Below the pieces are notes generated by a model. The model was given only the letters and a program-made list of their open reading frames with translations. It was not told where the DNA came from and did no database searches. From NCBI GenBank assembly GCA_964497515.1, contig CAZCCV010000009.1, positions 643-64,642 on the forward strand: a stretch of 64,000 bases of DNA, read 5' to 3'. Positions 40,622 through 50,860 of this stretch are shown piece after piece (positions within the stretch are counted from its first letter, which is position 1; each line of letters starts with the position of its first letter). Source of the DNA: an uncultured bacterium. GTDB lineage: Bacteria; Armatimonadota; UBA5829; DTLH01. The position numbers and the translations under genes are program-made.

Positions 40622-43600
40622 ATGTGGTTAACTGATGTAAGCATAAAGCGTCCAGTCTTCATTATTATGGTGGTGCTGGCGCTGATTGTTCTTGGGGTTA
40701 GGTCTCAGCAGACTATGCAGACAGAGCTGACTCCAAAAATGGACTTCCCGTTCATTGCGATCATCACGGCTTATCCTGGTGCAGGGCCTCAGGAGATTGA
40801 GACTCTTGTTTCCAAACCTACTGAAGAAGCAGTTGGCTCAACACCCGGACTTAAGAATCTGACGTCCGTATCTCAGGATGGCATTTCGCTGGTTGGTCTG
40901 GAGTTTGAGCTCGAAACCGATATCGAAACGGCCGCTGCTGACGTAAGAGACAAACTCGCTGTGATTAAGGGAACTCTGCCGAAAGATATAATCGATCCAA
41001 TCATTTACAAGGCAGATATTAGCGCGCAGCCAGTCATCACGCTGGCAATGGAAAGCAATTTGTCTAGCAGGGATCAGAGGATTCTTGCGGACAAAATGAT
41101 CAAAGACTCACTGGCAAAAGTGAAAGGTGTCGCAGCAGTCTCTGTAAACGGAGGTGCGGAGCGAGAGGTTACGGTATCAATTGATCGGGACAGGCTGCAA
41201 GCCTACGGACTTTCGATAGATCAAGTAGCTGGTGCTCTAAGTGCAGAAAACCTGAATGTTCCTTCGGGTTCGATAAAAGAAGGACCTGAGGGTGCATCGT
41301 CGAGAGACTATGCCGTTAGAACCGTTGGAGAGTTCCGAAATGCGGATGAAATCGGCAACATACGGCTGAAACTGCGTGGTGCAAGTCCATTTGGGGGCGC
41401 AGACACTGTCCGACTGGGCGATATAGCTACAGTGAAAGACACAGTGAAAGACCCGGACAGGCTCACCCGTCTAAACGGCGTGGACGCGGTGACCATGGCG
41501 GTTCAGAAACAGTCGGACGCCAACATTGTTGAAGTTGTCGACGGGGTGAAGAAGCAACTGGCGGAGCTAAACGGCCACACAGACCCGAAAACGAAGCAGC
41601 ATATTCGAGGTGTCTTACCGGAGGGCACCAAGATCATCGTGGCGACAGACGACTCGACGTTTGTAAAAGACTCATTGCGAGACGTAAAGCGATCGCTCTT
41701 AGAAGGAATCCTGCTGGTTGTTATAATCGTATTCCTGTTCCTGCACTCAGGCAGGGCGACACTAATAGTTGCGCTCGCAATCCCGACTTCTATTGTGGCG
41801 ACGTTCATACCAATAACAGTGTTCGGGTTTTCGATCAACGTCATGACAATGCTTGGGCTTTCACTGTGTGTAGGCATTCTTGTAGACGACTCGATTGTTG
41901 TGCTTGAGAACATCGAAAGGCACTTGCGAAAAGGCGAGTGTCCGAAAGAAGCTGCATTGAATGGAAGATCGGAGATAGGTCTGGCAGCAGTTACAATTAC
42001 ACTCGTTGACGTGGTGGTATTTGTACCAATTGCATTTATGGGCGGCATAGTCGGACAGTTCTTCCGACAGTTCGGAATTACCGTTGCCACAGCAACGCTG
42101 TTCTCGCTGTTTATGTCTTTTACACTGACGCCGATGCTTTCGTCGCGCTGGCTGAAGTCCAAGGAACAGGAAGAAGCGGATATTGCCAGGACATCTGGAA
42201 GTATCTTCACCAGAATATCGCAAGGGTTTGAAAGGTTCTACTCGAAGCTCGATGTACGATACCGTGGGGTGCTGCACTGGGCTCTCGACAACCGATTCCT
42301 GACAATTATGATAGGCATCGTAACCCTTCTGATGATCCTCGGAATGGTAACGCCCGGGATTGGAGAGTCTGCAGGGCACGCGGCTCAGGGATCCAAGCAC
42401 TCCATACCTTTGAGAATTGTCATAATGGTGCTCTGCGCGATCCCGCTTATAATAGCGGCAGTCATCAACCCGAAGAGTCGAAGATTGGCTTTGGGTTATC
42501 TGGTAGTAGCCGTTTTCCTGCTTGCGACTATCAAGTTCCCTCTTGGATTTGAGTTCATGCCAGACGTCGACCGAGGCGAGTTTTCTGTATCGATAGAACT
42601 GCCTGCGGGGCGTGGTCTGGGGGCTTCAGATCGCATAGCTCGACAGGTTGAAAACTATCTGAAAGATATTGAGGGCATGGAATACTACATGACCACCGTA
42701 GGAGCATCGAGCGCCGGACATTTCGCTGCCGGCTCCACCGGCTCTCAGTATGCTCAGATTAGTGTCAGCTTGAAAGATCGTGGCAAAGAGCGCCAGAAGA
42801 GAATCAATGATGTTGTGAGCGAACTCAACGAAAAGACTGCCCTCATTCCTGGCGCAAAGATCCGCATTGCCACAAGTGGTATGGCATCTATGGGCGGACA
42901 ACCTATCCAGATGGAAATAACAGGGTCTAACGAGGATGAGCTGGTGCGGATTGCACATCAAATCGAAGAGACTGTTAAAGTCATCCCAGGAGTTATGGAC
43001 GTCAAGAACTCGTGGGAAATCGGCAAACCTGAACTCCGAGTGACGGTCGATAGACTTCGAGCAGCCGACGTAGGAATAAGCGTCGGGCAGATTGGTAGTG
43101 CGCTTAGAACCTCGATAGAGGGCAACACCGATGCAAAGCTTAGAGACCGAGGTGACGAGTACGATATTCGGGTTCAGCTTGCGAAAGTGGACAGACACAA
43201 CTCTGCGGATGTGGGCAACATACTCGTTGGCAACAACAATGGTACGCCCGTATATCTAAGAGATGTAGCGAAAATCGACTTGGAACCCGCTCCGAACAAG
43301 GTTGAACGAAAGAATCGACAGAGATTAATAGTAGTCGGAGCAAACTTTCAGGACGGTTACACCTTAGGCAACGTACAACAGGAAATCTCTAAGGAAATCG
43401 CAGGCATTCCACTTGGCTCTTCGCAAGTAAAACCTGGTGGACAAAGCGAGATGATGATAGAGAGCTTCGGCTACCTGATAGGTGCGATGATACTGGCAAT
43501 TGTGCTGGTGTATATGCTTATGGGTGCGCTGTTCGAATCGTTCGTCACCCCGCTTGTCATTATGTTGAGTCTGCCTCAGGCTCTCGTTGGGGCTCTGCTC

Positions 43601-44074
43601 GCGATAATCATAACGGGCAAATCGCTTTCGATCGTGACTATGATCGGGTTTATTATGCTGATTGGTCTCGTATCGAAGAACGCTATTCTGCTTGTAGACT
43701 ACACGAACACCCTACGCAGCAGAGGAATGAAGCGGAATGATGCTGTGTTGGAAGCAGGACCTACAAGGCTCCGACCTATTCTGATGACTACGTTTGCTAT
43801 GGTCGGAGGTATGACGCCAACGGCAATAGCAATGTCAAGAGGCTCCGAGATGCGTGCCCCTATGGCAATTGCTGTTATTGGAGGATTGATACTCTCAACT
43901 CTGCTGACGCTCTTAGTCATCCCGACGGCGTACACCGTTGTGGACGACGTCTGGGAGTGGTTGAGGCGACTCTTCGGTTATAGGGATTCGCCTGAGAACC
44001 TTGCAGAAGGCCACGAAAGCGACAGTATGGCGCTGGAGCCCTCGGTTCTGGATGGCGACGGCAGAAAACCGTAG
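40622..44074 (+). CDS. Efflux RND permease (AcrB/HAE1 family).
   Basis: 1150 aa and 12 TM. MWLTDVSIKRPVFIIMVVLAL. Two large periplasmic loops. Confidence 0.9.
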   Translation: MWLTDVSIKRPVFIIMVVLALIVLGVRSQQTMQTELTPKMDFPFIAIITAYPGAGPQEIETLVSKPTEEAVGSTPGLKNLTSVSQDGISLVGLEFELETDIETAAADVRDKLAVIKGTLPKDIIDPIIYKADISAQPVITLAMESNLSSRDQRILADKMIKDSLAKVKGVAAVSVNGGAEREVTVSIDRDRLQAYGLSIDQVAGALSAENLNVPSGSIKEGPEGASSRDYAVRTVGEFRNADEIGNIRLKLRGASPFGGADTVRLGDIATVKDTVKDPDRLTRLNGVDAVTMAVQKQSDANIVEVVDGVKKQLAELNGHTDPKTKQHIRGVLPEGTKIIVATDDSTFVKDSLRDVKRSLLEGILLVVIIVFLFLHSGRATLIVALAIPTSIVATFIPITVFGFSINVMTMLGLSLCVGILVDDSIVVLENIERHLRKGECPKEAALNGRSEIGLAAVTITLVDVVVFVPIAFMGGIVGQFFRQFGITVATATLFSLFMSFTLTPMLSSRWLKSKEQEEADIARTSGSIFTRISQGFERFYSKLDVRYRGVLHWALDNRFLTIMIGIVTLLMILGMVTPGIGESAGHAAQGSKHSIPLRIVIMVLCAIPLIIAAVINPKSRRLALGYLVVAVFLLATIKFPLGFEFMPDVDRGEFSVSIELPAGRGLGASDRIARQVENYLKDIEGMEYYMTTVGASSAGHFAAGSTGSQYAQISVSLKDRGKERQKRINDVVSELNEKTALIPGAKIRIATSGMASMGGQPIQMEITGSNEDELVRIAHQIEETVKVIPGVMDVKNSWEIGKPELRVTVDRLRAADVGISVGQIGSALRTSIEGNTDAKLRDRGDEYDIRVQLAKVDRHNSADVGNILVGNNNGTPVYLRDVAKIDLEPAPNKVERKNRQRLIVVGANFQDGYTLGNVQQEISKEIAGIPLGSSQVKPGGQSEMMIESFGYLIGAMILAIVLVYMLMGALFESFVTPLVIMLSLPQALVGALLAIIITGKSLSIVTMIGFIMLIGLVSKNAILLVDYTNTLRSRGMKRNDAVLEAGPTRLRPILMTTFAMVGGMTPTAIAMSRGSEMRAPMAIAVIGGLILSTLLTLLVIPTAYTVVDDVWEWLRRLFGYRDSPENLAEGHESDSMALEPSVLDGDGRKP

Positions 44075-44093
44075 ATTCCGAGTAATGAAAGAC

Positions 44094-44130
44094 GGTGTGG
44101 GTTAATGGTAAGACCCGCACCGTTTTTTTT
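44094..44130 (+). terminator. Rho-independent terminator (GGTGTGGGT-taatggtaag-ACCCGCACC followed by T8).
   Basis: Seen directly after the RND gene. It is the cleanest intrinsic terminator in the window. Confidence 0.7.
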
Positions 44131-44209
44131 GTACCCCTAATACTAGTCCACGGATCGATTTCTTCGCACTTGGCGAAAGACAGCATCGTCGAGAATCCGG
44201 GATTCTGCT

Positions 44210-44239
44210 TTGACTTCTGCCTTGTTTCTCCCGTAAAAT
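44210..44239 (+). promoter_or_regulatory. Candidate promoter TTGACT-18-TAAAAT.
   Basis: ttgact at 44210-44215 and taaaat at 44234-44239. GGAGG RBS 5 nt before ATG 44271. Confidence 0.4.
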
Positions 44240-44270
44240 GTAGTCCGAGAATCGAAGTGCGGAGGAAAAA

Positions 44271-45317
44271 ATGAAGTTCGAAGGCACATTTACAGCGATA
44301 GTGACCCCTATGCTCCCTGATGGGGCGGTTGATTGGGACGGATTCAAAAAGAATGTTGAGTTCCAGATTGAGCAGGATATCACTGGGATTGTTCCGGCAG
44401 GCACGACTGGGGAATCCCCCACTCTTAACTGGGAAGATCACAACGCAGTAGTTGAGCGAACAATTGAGTTTGCTGCAGGCAGATGTCCGATTATTGCTGG
44501 GGCAGGCAGCAACTCCACCGATGAAAGCCTGGAAAATGCCACACACGCTGTACGTGCGGGTGCTGCAGCACTTCTGATGGTCGATTGCTACTACAATGGG
44601 CCTTCATCACTCGAAATGAGAGACCATTACTACTCCGCAATAGCCAAAATACTTCCAGACGTCCATATTATCCCGTATGTCATACCAGGAAGAACCGGAA
44701 CTGCCCTTACTGTAGAAGACTTGGCAATACTCTACGCTGCACATTCGAAAATAGCGACGGTGAAGGAAGCTACTGGCGACCTCGAGCGAATGAAGCGCAC
44801 GCGCGAGCTTTGCGGAGATGACTTCTCGATACTCTCTGGCGACGATGATCTGACGTTTAAGATGCTCTCCGACCCACAAATAAGGGCAAACGGAGTTATA
44901 TCGGTTATGTCGAACGTCGCACCAAAGGCTTGCAGTGAGATGGTCAGGCTTGCACTAGCAGGCGATGTAGCGGGGGCAGAAAGACTCCATAAGGCGCTTG
45001 CGCCGCTGTTCGGCATAGTGACGGTGAAGGTCGAAAACGAGCGCACACTGCCAAACGGGGAAACCGTAACACTAACCGACAGGTATCGCAACCCTTCGGC
45101 GATCAAAACACTGATGGACGGGCTTGGAATGCCGTCCGGTCCGTGCCGCCCGCCGCTTGGAAAGATGACTCAGGCAGGTATTGATGTAGTCCGCCAGGCT
45201 GCAAAACAAGTCTGGACCAACAACCCGGAGATTCTGTCGCCGATTGCAGACTTCTACGGTGTAGACGTCCAGGCCAGACTAAACGATGATGCACTCTGGC
45301 ATTCACTCTCGGAATAG
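44271..45317 (+). CDS. Dihydrodipicolinate synthase-family (DapA-like) class I aldolase with a roughly 50-aa C-terminal extension.
   Basis: GTTGES. Schiff-base Lys in IATVKEATGD. 348 aa, against about 295 for canonical DapA. Confidence 0.75.
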   Translation: MKFEGTFTAIVTPMLPDGAVDWDGFKKNVEFQIEQDITGIVPAGTTGESPTLNWEDHNAVVERTIEFAAGRCPIIAGAGSNSTDESLENATHAVRAGAAALLMVDCYYNGPSSLEMRDHYYSAIAKILPDVHIIPYVIPGRTGTALTVEDLAILYAAHSKIATVKEATGDLERMKRTRELCGDDFSILSGDDDLTFKMLSDPQIRANGVISVMSNVAPKACSEMVRLALAGDVAGAERLHKALAPLFGIVTVKVENERTLPNGETVTLTDRYRNPSAIKTLMDGLGMPSGPCRPPLGKMTQAGIDVVRQAAKQVWTNNPEILSPIADFYGVDVQARLNDDALWHSLSE

Positions 45318-45352
45318 AAGCCGGCATCGAACTCTGTTAACTCTTGTTTGGA

Positions 45353-45397
45353 AAGCATTTGCTCGCTCCGAAGGCCGAAAACCGGGCGAGCAAATGC
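45353..45397. terminator. 13-bp perfect inverted repeat (AGCATTTGCTCGC...GCGAGCAAATGCT) between the convergent DapA-like and redoxin genes.
   Basis: Seen directly. U tracts are weak. Confidence 0.35.
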
Positions 45398-45416
45398 TTC
45401 TTACGTTACCTCACCA

Positions 45417-45890
45417 CTACAACCACGTCGAAATACCGCATTCCGGGCACTCCAACTGAGCGAGTTGGAGCGCTGTGAGTAGCCTCTCTTGATTCGGCAA
45501 ATGAGCATCGTCGGACGACAAACTCGTCATACGCACTTCACCGAAACGATCAGCTACAAATACCGCCGGAACCTCGGTTGAGTATAAGCTAAGCACGCTG
45601 CCTTCGGGATCGGCGAGCACTGGGAATGGCAGAGAACGGGCGTGGGCAATCTCTCGAACTCTGTCGTCTGTCCCCTCCCCTATTGCCAGGATTTCCGCAT
45701 CTGCGGATTTGTATTCGTCGTATCTGCTCGCAAGCGCGCTTAGAAAGTCGTTGCACTTACTGCAATCTGTTCCGAAGAATACGAGCACAAGGCTCTGCTT
45801 ACCTTTGTAAGTGTAGATGTCGATAGAACCTCCGGTTACCGATTCAAGCTGGAAGCTTTTCAGCATATCGCGTTCTTTCAACAGTTCCAT
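45417..45890 (-). CDS. Thioredoxin-fold redoxin (AhpC/TSA / TlpA-like).
   Basis: LVLVFFGTDCSKCNDF CxxC motif. ATG 45890 has a GGAGAG RBS. The longer track ORF (to 45977) would overlap the divergent promoter region. Confidence 0.7.
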   Translation of the reverse strand: MELLKERDMLKSFQLESVTGGSIDIYTYKGKQSLVLVFFGTDCSKCNDFLSALASRYDEYKSADAEILAIGEGTDDRVREIAHARSLPFPVLADPEGSVLSLYSTEVPAVFVADRFGEVRMTSLSSDDAHLPNQERLLTALQLAQLECPECGISTWL

Positions 45891-46003
45891 TGCATACTCT
45901 CCATATCTCTGTTTTGGTGATCGAGCCTCACAATAGTCTTTACCCTGTTTGCATAGCAGCGTACTCTGCGGTAACATGAAGTATCTTGTTAGGAGGGCAG
46001 CCT

Positions 46004-46729
46004 ATGACACACCAAGAGATGGTCGAGCGATTTATGGATGCGTTGGGACTCGATACCCAACCAGTAGCAGTATACTACACAGAAGACATACCTGAAGATG
46101 CTACACTTGGCGGGTGTGAAGATGAGTATTTCTGCACCATCAAAGGTGTAGAAATGGCTAAACAAGGCACGACAATTGCCATCGACGGTCTGCACCCTGG
46201 ATGTATGGGAGCAAGCTTCTCACTTGGCTGGTCGAAAGAGTTCCGCCCGGGATTCGAGCATTTCCTTTCTCACAATGAATCCGGAGAGGGAGAGCGTTAC
46301 AAGAAGACCCCGGAGCTTGCAAAAGCCTTTATAGAAAAGCGGAAGTTCGTGCCCGCAAACGGGCGATACTGCATTTTTCAACAACTGAGAAGCCTTCCTG
46401 AGACGCTGACTCCGGAGGTGGTCATCTTTGCAGCAGACTCTGTAGGAACAAGCGGGCTGCACTGCCTCGCCAACTATGGCAGAGCTGATGCTGCAGTAAT
46501 TGCACCATTTACTGCCGGGTGTGGGAGTATCGTGAGCGAACCCCGAGCACAGGCAGCAGAAGCCGAACCGAAGGCAGTTCTTGGCATGTTTGACCCATCA
46601 GCACGACTATTTGCAGACGAACGACACCTTACCTTCTCCGTTCCGTGGTCCATGTCCATTGAGATGCTCGAGAATATTCCGGGCAGCTTCCTTGAAATAG
46701 AACCCTGGACTAAGGTTCGCAAGTCTTAA
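46004..46729 (+). CDS. DUF169 (COG2043)-like protein.
   Basis: N-terminal ...MDALGLDTQPVAVYYTEDIPEDA pattern typical of DUF169, as I recall it. AGGAGG 7 nt before ATG 46004. Confidence 0.45.
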   Translation: MTHQEMVERFMDALGLDTQPVAVYYTEDIPEDATLGGCEDEYFCTIKGVEMAKQGTTIAIDGLHPGCMGASFSLGWSKEFRPGFEHFLSHNESGEGERYKKTPELAKAFIEKRKFVPANGRYCIFQQLRSLPETLTPEVVIFAADSVGTSGLHCLANYGRADAAVIAPFTAGCGSIVSEPRAQAAEAEPKAVLGMFDPSARLFADERHLTFSVPWSMSIEMLENIPGSFLEIEPWTKVRKS

Positions 46730-46790
46730 GCTGAAGCGCGTGTATTACACGTCGTAAACATGCCCTTCTGAAAACAATACTGCCCATTCG

Positions 46791-46840
46791 CAGACGGCGT
46801 CGCGCGATTGTTTGGCGCCGTCTGCTTTCAGGTTCTTCAC
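46791..46840 (+). terminator. Hairpin GCAGACGGCG-loop-CGCCGTCTGC followed by TTTC.
   Basis: Seen directly after the DUF169 gene. Short U tract. Confidence 0.4.
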
Positions 46841-47055
46841 AAAACTCGACCAGTCGACCTTCACCAGGAAACTCTCACGAATCCTTCTGCGCCTCTACAT
46901 TGCCATCAGCATAGAGTCACTAACAAAGAGTAATGACGCTCATTCTTTGTAGCTGACTTCGAGTTATACGCGGACGAACGTGTGAACTCATCCGCAGTTC
47001 CCAGCAGACTGAGCCTATGGTAACATTATGTATACGTTCGGTTGGAGGATTGTTG

Positions 47056-47766
47056 GTGAACAAATTCCAGGAATACCAGACTAAAGCGCTGGCAGTATTG
47101 CAGAAGATTGTTGAGACTCAGGGTGAAGCCATCGAAGCTGCGGCAGAATTGGTGGCACAGCATATTGCAAACGACGGGATACTATACATCCTGGGAAGCG
47201 GGCATTCGCTGATCACAGCTTTGGAGTCATCGGGACGAGCCGGTGGGATGGTGCCGATAGATATTATCTTCGACAAGACCTTTGGCAAAATCGAGAGGCT
47301 CCCCGGCTACGCTGAATACCTGTTGAAGGACTATCCGGAGATCGAGAATGGCCTCGTGATAGTGGTATCCAATTCTGGCCGCAACTCGCTGCCGGTGGAA
47401 GTGGCTCTTGAGAGCAAGAAGCGAGGAGCAAAGGTGATCAGTCTCACATCGCTCGCGCACACGAAGTCTGTAACGAGCCGTCACCCCAGCGGTAAGAGAG
47501 TCTTTGAAATCGCCGATGTAGTAGTAGACAACTGCTGCGAAGTCGGAGATGCAGCAGTAGAAATCGACGGTCTGCCTGGAAAAGTGGGAGCTACATCGTC
47601 GGTGGCTTGCACGTTTATCATCAACTCCATACTTGCACAGGCGACTGAAAACCTTGTAAGGATGGGCATAACGCCGCCAGTGCTAATCAGTGCAAATCTG
47701 GATGGAAGCGATGAGCATAACGACAGGCTGCGCGCACAGTATAGAGGAAGAATCCGCGGGCTGTGA
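47056..47766 (+). CDS. SIS (sugar isomerase) domain protein.
   Basis: ILYILGSGHSLITALE phosphosugar-binding motif. GTG 47056 has GGAGG 7 nt upstream. Confidence 0.6.
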   Translation: MNKFQEYQTKALAVLQKIVETQGEAIEAAAELVAQHIANDGILYILGSGHSLITALESSGRAGGMVPIDIIFDKTFGKIERLPGYAEYLLKDYPEIENGLVIVVSNSGRNSLPVEVALESKKRGAKVISLTSLAHTKSVTSRHPSGKRVFEIADVVVDNCCEVGDAAVEIDGLPGKVGATSSVACTFIINSILAQATENLVRMGITPPVLISANLDGSDEHNDRLRAQYRGRIRGL

Positions 47767-47929
47767 ATTGTAGCGGTATGCAAAAGCATTGCTCTAGCAA
47801 TCAGTAATGTGGTAAACTAATAGGGTTTAATATCACGCACCGCATCTGGATCGGTAGTCGGGGTGCCCTGCTGGGTCGACGCCGGGATGATGGAGCGGGA
47901 GGATACAACTACAGGAGGAAAATCGGAAT

Positions 47930-48772
47930 TTGGCATCAATCACAATGAAAGAACTTCTGGAGGCTGGAGTACACTTCGGCCACCAGACCCGCAGATGGAA
48001 CCCAAAGATGAAACGGTACATCTACGGGGGACGCAACGGAATCTACATCATCGATCTGCATCAGACCCTCAAACTCTTTGAGGAGGCTCGCCAGTTCATC
48101 CAGGACGTAGCATCGCAGGGGGAAGTTGTCCTGTTTGTTGGAACAAAGAAGCAGGCGCAGGAAGCGGTTGAGGATGCGGCAAAACGCTGCGGAATGTACT
48201 ACGTCAACCAGCGCTGGCTTGGAGGAATGCTTACCAACCTGGTGACCATTCGCACGAGAATAGCTCGACTGAATGAGCTGAAGAAGATGGAGACCGATGG
48301 TGTTTTCGAGCAGCTTCCGAAGAAAGAGGCGGCTCTTCTGCGTGAGGAATACAACAAGCTCGAGAGATTCTTGAGCGGCATAAAGGATATGCCTAAGCTT
48401 CCTGGCGCGATTTTTATAGTGGACCTCAAGAAGGAGCGCATAGCCCTTGCAGAGGCCAGAAAGCTTGAAATCCCGGTGGTAGCTATAGTCGATACGAACT
48501 GCGACCCGGATGAGGTTGATTATGTAATCCCCGGCAATGATGACGCCATCCGCGCCATCAAGCTGATTTCAAACAAGCTAGCAGATGCAATTCTCGAAGT
48601 CCGACAGGTTGAAGCCGAAGGCGAGGACATAGAGATAGACGCTGAGGCTGAAGCCGGTGCTGAAGTGGAAGCCGAAGCCGAAAAAGAGAAGCCGGAAGTT
48701 GAAGTCGAGGCGTTTCAGGAAGAGTCTAGCCCGGAGCCAGAGGCAGCCGAAGAGACTCCCGCAACTGAATAA
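47930..48772 (+). CDS. rpsB: 30S ribosomal protein S2 with a roughly 60-aa acidic (Glu/Ala-rich) C-terminal extension.
   Basis: [25 protein letters not shown] start 47930 with GGAGG 11 nt upstream. Confidence 0.95.
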   Translation: MASITMKELLEAGVHFGHQTRRWNPKMKRYIYGGRNGIYIIDLHQTLKLFEEARQFIQDVASQGEVVLFVGTKKQAQEAVEDAAKRCGMYYVNQRWLGGMLTNLVTIRTRIARLNELKKMETDGVFEQLPKKEAALLREEYNKLERFLSGIKDMPKLPGAIFIVDLKKERIALAEARKLEIPVVAIVDTNCDPDEVDYVIPGNDDAIRAIKLISNKLADAILEVRQVEAEGEDIEIDAEAEAGAEVEAEAEKEKPEVEVEAFQEESSPEPEAAEETPATE

Positions 48773-48887
48773 TCCCGACGGCACTCGCCCGCCGGAGTAA
48801 TGGAAACAAGAATTACCCAATTGCGCAAGGCGACAACGTCCTGCGCATCACCACATATAGCGCGCCACAGGCGCTTTGGAGGCATTA

Positions 48888-49487
48888 ATGGAAATAACAG
48901 CCAAGATGGTCAAGGAATTGAGAGACAAGACCGGCGCCGGTATGATGGACTGCAAACAGGCGCTCGGGGAGACCAAAGGCGATTTTGATAAGGCGGTAAA
49001 TCTTCTTCGACAGAAGGGCGTAGCAGTAGCAGCAAAAAGAGAGACTCGATGTGCAACCGAGGGAATCATCGGCAGCTACATCCACACTGGTGGCAAGATC
49101 GGCGTTATGGTCGAACTCGGCTGTGAAACAGACTTCGTCGCAAAGACCGATGAGTTCCAGAACCTTGCGAAAGATATCGCTATGCAGCTTGCCTGGGGGA
49201 GCCCGAAGTATCTGACCCGAGAGGATGTCCCAGCCGAAGAGATAGAGCAGGAGCGCCAGGTTCATCGCCAGTGGGCCATCAAGGAAGGTAAACCCGAAAA
49301 GGCAATCGAAAATATTGTAAACGGCAGAATGGAGCGGTTCTATGAGGATACTTGCCTTATGGATCAGCCGTTCATCCGAGATGCAGACGTTAAAATCGGC
49401 GACCTGGTCAACGAGGTTATGGGCAAGCTGGGCGAGAAAATTGCCATCCAGCGATTCGTCCGATACCGAGTTGGAGAGCAGGAGTAG
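48888..49487 (+). CDS. tsf: Elongation factor Ts (short form).
   Basis: [31 protein letters not shown] 5 nt before ATG 48888. Confidence 0.9.
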   Translation: MEITAKMVKELRDKTGAGMMDCKQALGETKGDFDKAVNLLRQKGVAVAAKRETRCATEGIIGSYIHTGGKIGVMVELGCETDFVAKTDEFQNLAKDIAMQLAWGSPKYLTREDVPAEEIEQERQVHRQWAIKEGKPEKAIENIVNGRMERFYEDTCLMDQPFIRDADVKIGDLVNEVMGKLGEKIAIQRFVRYRVGEQE

Positions 49488-49495
49488 ATAGATCC

Positions 49496-50224
49496 ATGAG
49501 CGATAGGCCGCGTTTTAGTCGTGTACTCCTGAAACTGTCGGGGCAGGTGTTTGCTGGCAGCGACAACAGTGGTATCTCATTCGAGACTGTCGCGGCTATC
49601 GCACAGGATATCAAGGAGCTTAAAGACGCTGGTATCGATATTGCAGTAGTCGTGGGTGGTGGAAACATCATCCGCGGCCACTCTGCTGAAGCAGCGGGAA
49701 TGGATAGAGCGAGCGCTGACTATATGGGAATGCTCGCGACGGTGATCAATTCGCTTGCATTGCAAGATGCGCTCGAGAAGCTAGGCATTGAAACCAGAGT
49801 ACAGACAGCGATTAATATGTCGGAAGTGGCTGAACCGTTCATTCGCAGAAAAGCCCTTCGACATATGGAGAAGAGCAGAATCGTAATTTTGGCAGCCGGA
49901 ACCGGAAACCCATTTTTCACTACTGATACAGCAGCAGCGCTTCGGGCGCTCGAAATCAAGGCGGACGCTGTGCTTAAGGCCACAAATGTAGACGGCGTTT
50001 ACGACAAAGACCCAAACAAATACCCTGACGCACAGATATACCGCGAGCTAGGCTATCTCGAAGCTATAAACAAAAACCTGGGAGTTATGGATCTTACAGC
50101 GTTTGCACTCTGCAAAGCGCACAACATCCCGATTGTCGTGTTCAACATCACCGAACGGGGCAATATAAGGCGTGCCGCGTCGAGTGATTCAATAGGAACG
50201 ATTGTTGGAGGTAAAATCGAGTGA
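49496..50224 (+). CDS. pyrH: UMP kinase.
   Basis: [13 protein letters not shown] and [12 protein letters not shown] motifs. Confidence 0.95.
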   Translation: MSDRPRFSRVLLKLSGQVFAGSDNSGISFETVAAIAQDIKELKDAGIDIAVVVGGGNIIRGHSAEAAGMDRASADYMGMLATVINSLALQDALEKLGIETRVQTAINMSEVAEPFIRRKALRHMEKSRIVILAAGTGNPFFTTDTAAALRALEIKADAVLKATNVDGVYDKDPNKYPDAQIYRELGYLEAINKNLGVMDLTAFALCKAHNIPIVVFNITERGNIRRAASSDSIGTIVGGKIE

Positions 50225-50778
50225 TACCTGAGATAATCAAGGACACCGAGCATAGAATGACCAGGACTGTGGAAGCCGCTCAACACGATTTCTCGACGAT
50301 CCGTACAGGGCGAGCAAATCCACTGATTCTCGAAGGAGTACAGGTAGATTGCTACGGCAGCAAGATGCCTATCAATCAACTGGCGACTATCTCCGCACCG
50401 GAGCCGAGACTACTTGTAATCGCCCCTTGGGACAAGAGCACCATACCCGCCATCGAAAAAGCCATCACCAACTCAGACGTCGGAATGACGCCGCAGAACG
50501 ATGGCAATGTGGTGAGATTGAACGTGCCTTACCTTACCGAAGAGCGGCGCAAAGAGATGATCAAAATGCTACACAAGAAGGCCGAAGAGCACAAGGTAGC
50601 AGTTCGAAATGTCCGCAGAGACGCAAATGAGCAGCTAAAGGATCTTGAAAAGAAACACGAGATCTCTGAAGACAACAACAAACGAGGCCAGGAACAGGTA
50701 CAAAAACTGACCGACAAGTACATCGAGCAGATCGACAAGCTTTCTCAGACAAAGGAAGCTGAATTGATGGAAGTCTAA
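50221..50778 (+). CDS. frr: Ribosome recycling factor.
   Basis: [13 protein letters not shown]...[11 protein letters not shown] start in a GTGA overlap with the pyrH stop. Confidence 0.95.
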   Translation: MIPEIIKDTEHRMTRTVEAAQHDFSTIRTGRANPLILEGVQVDCYGSKMPINQLATISAPEPRLLVIAPWDKSTIPAIEKAITNSDVGMTPQNDGNVVRLNVPYLTEERRKEMIKMLHKKAEEHKVAVRNVRRDANEQLKDLEKKHEISEDNNKRGQEQVQKLTDKYIEQIDKLSQTKEAELMEV

Positions 50779-50802
50779 GAATCAACCATTTGTTGGTTAG
50801 CG

Positions 50803-50843
50803 GCCGTCAGTCGGAATTAAACAGTCTGACTGGCGGCTTTTCT
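50803..50843 (+). terminator. Rho-independent terminator/attenuator after frr (GCCGTCAGTC-loop-GACTGGCGGC followed by TTTTCT).
   Basis: Seen directly. One G-U pair in the stem. Confidence 0.5.
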
Positions 50844-50860
50844 AATAAGAGGATCGCTAA

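Noticed and set aside
47767-47929. A possible tRNA or structured RNA in the GC-rich rpsB leader (ggatcggtagtcggggtgccctgctgggtcgacgccggg).
   Set aside because: No T-loop (GGTTCGAnTCC) or cloverleaf could be traced. It is more likely part of an rpsB autoregulatory 5'UTR, which I could not support well enough to list as a feature.
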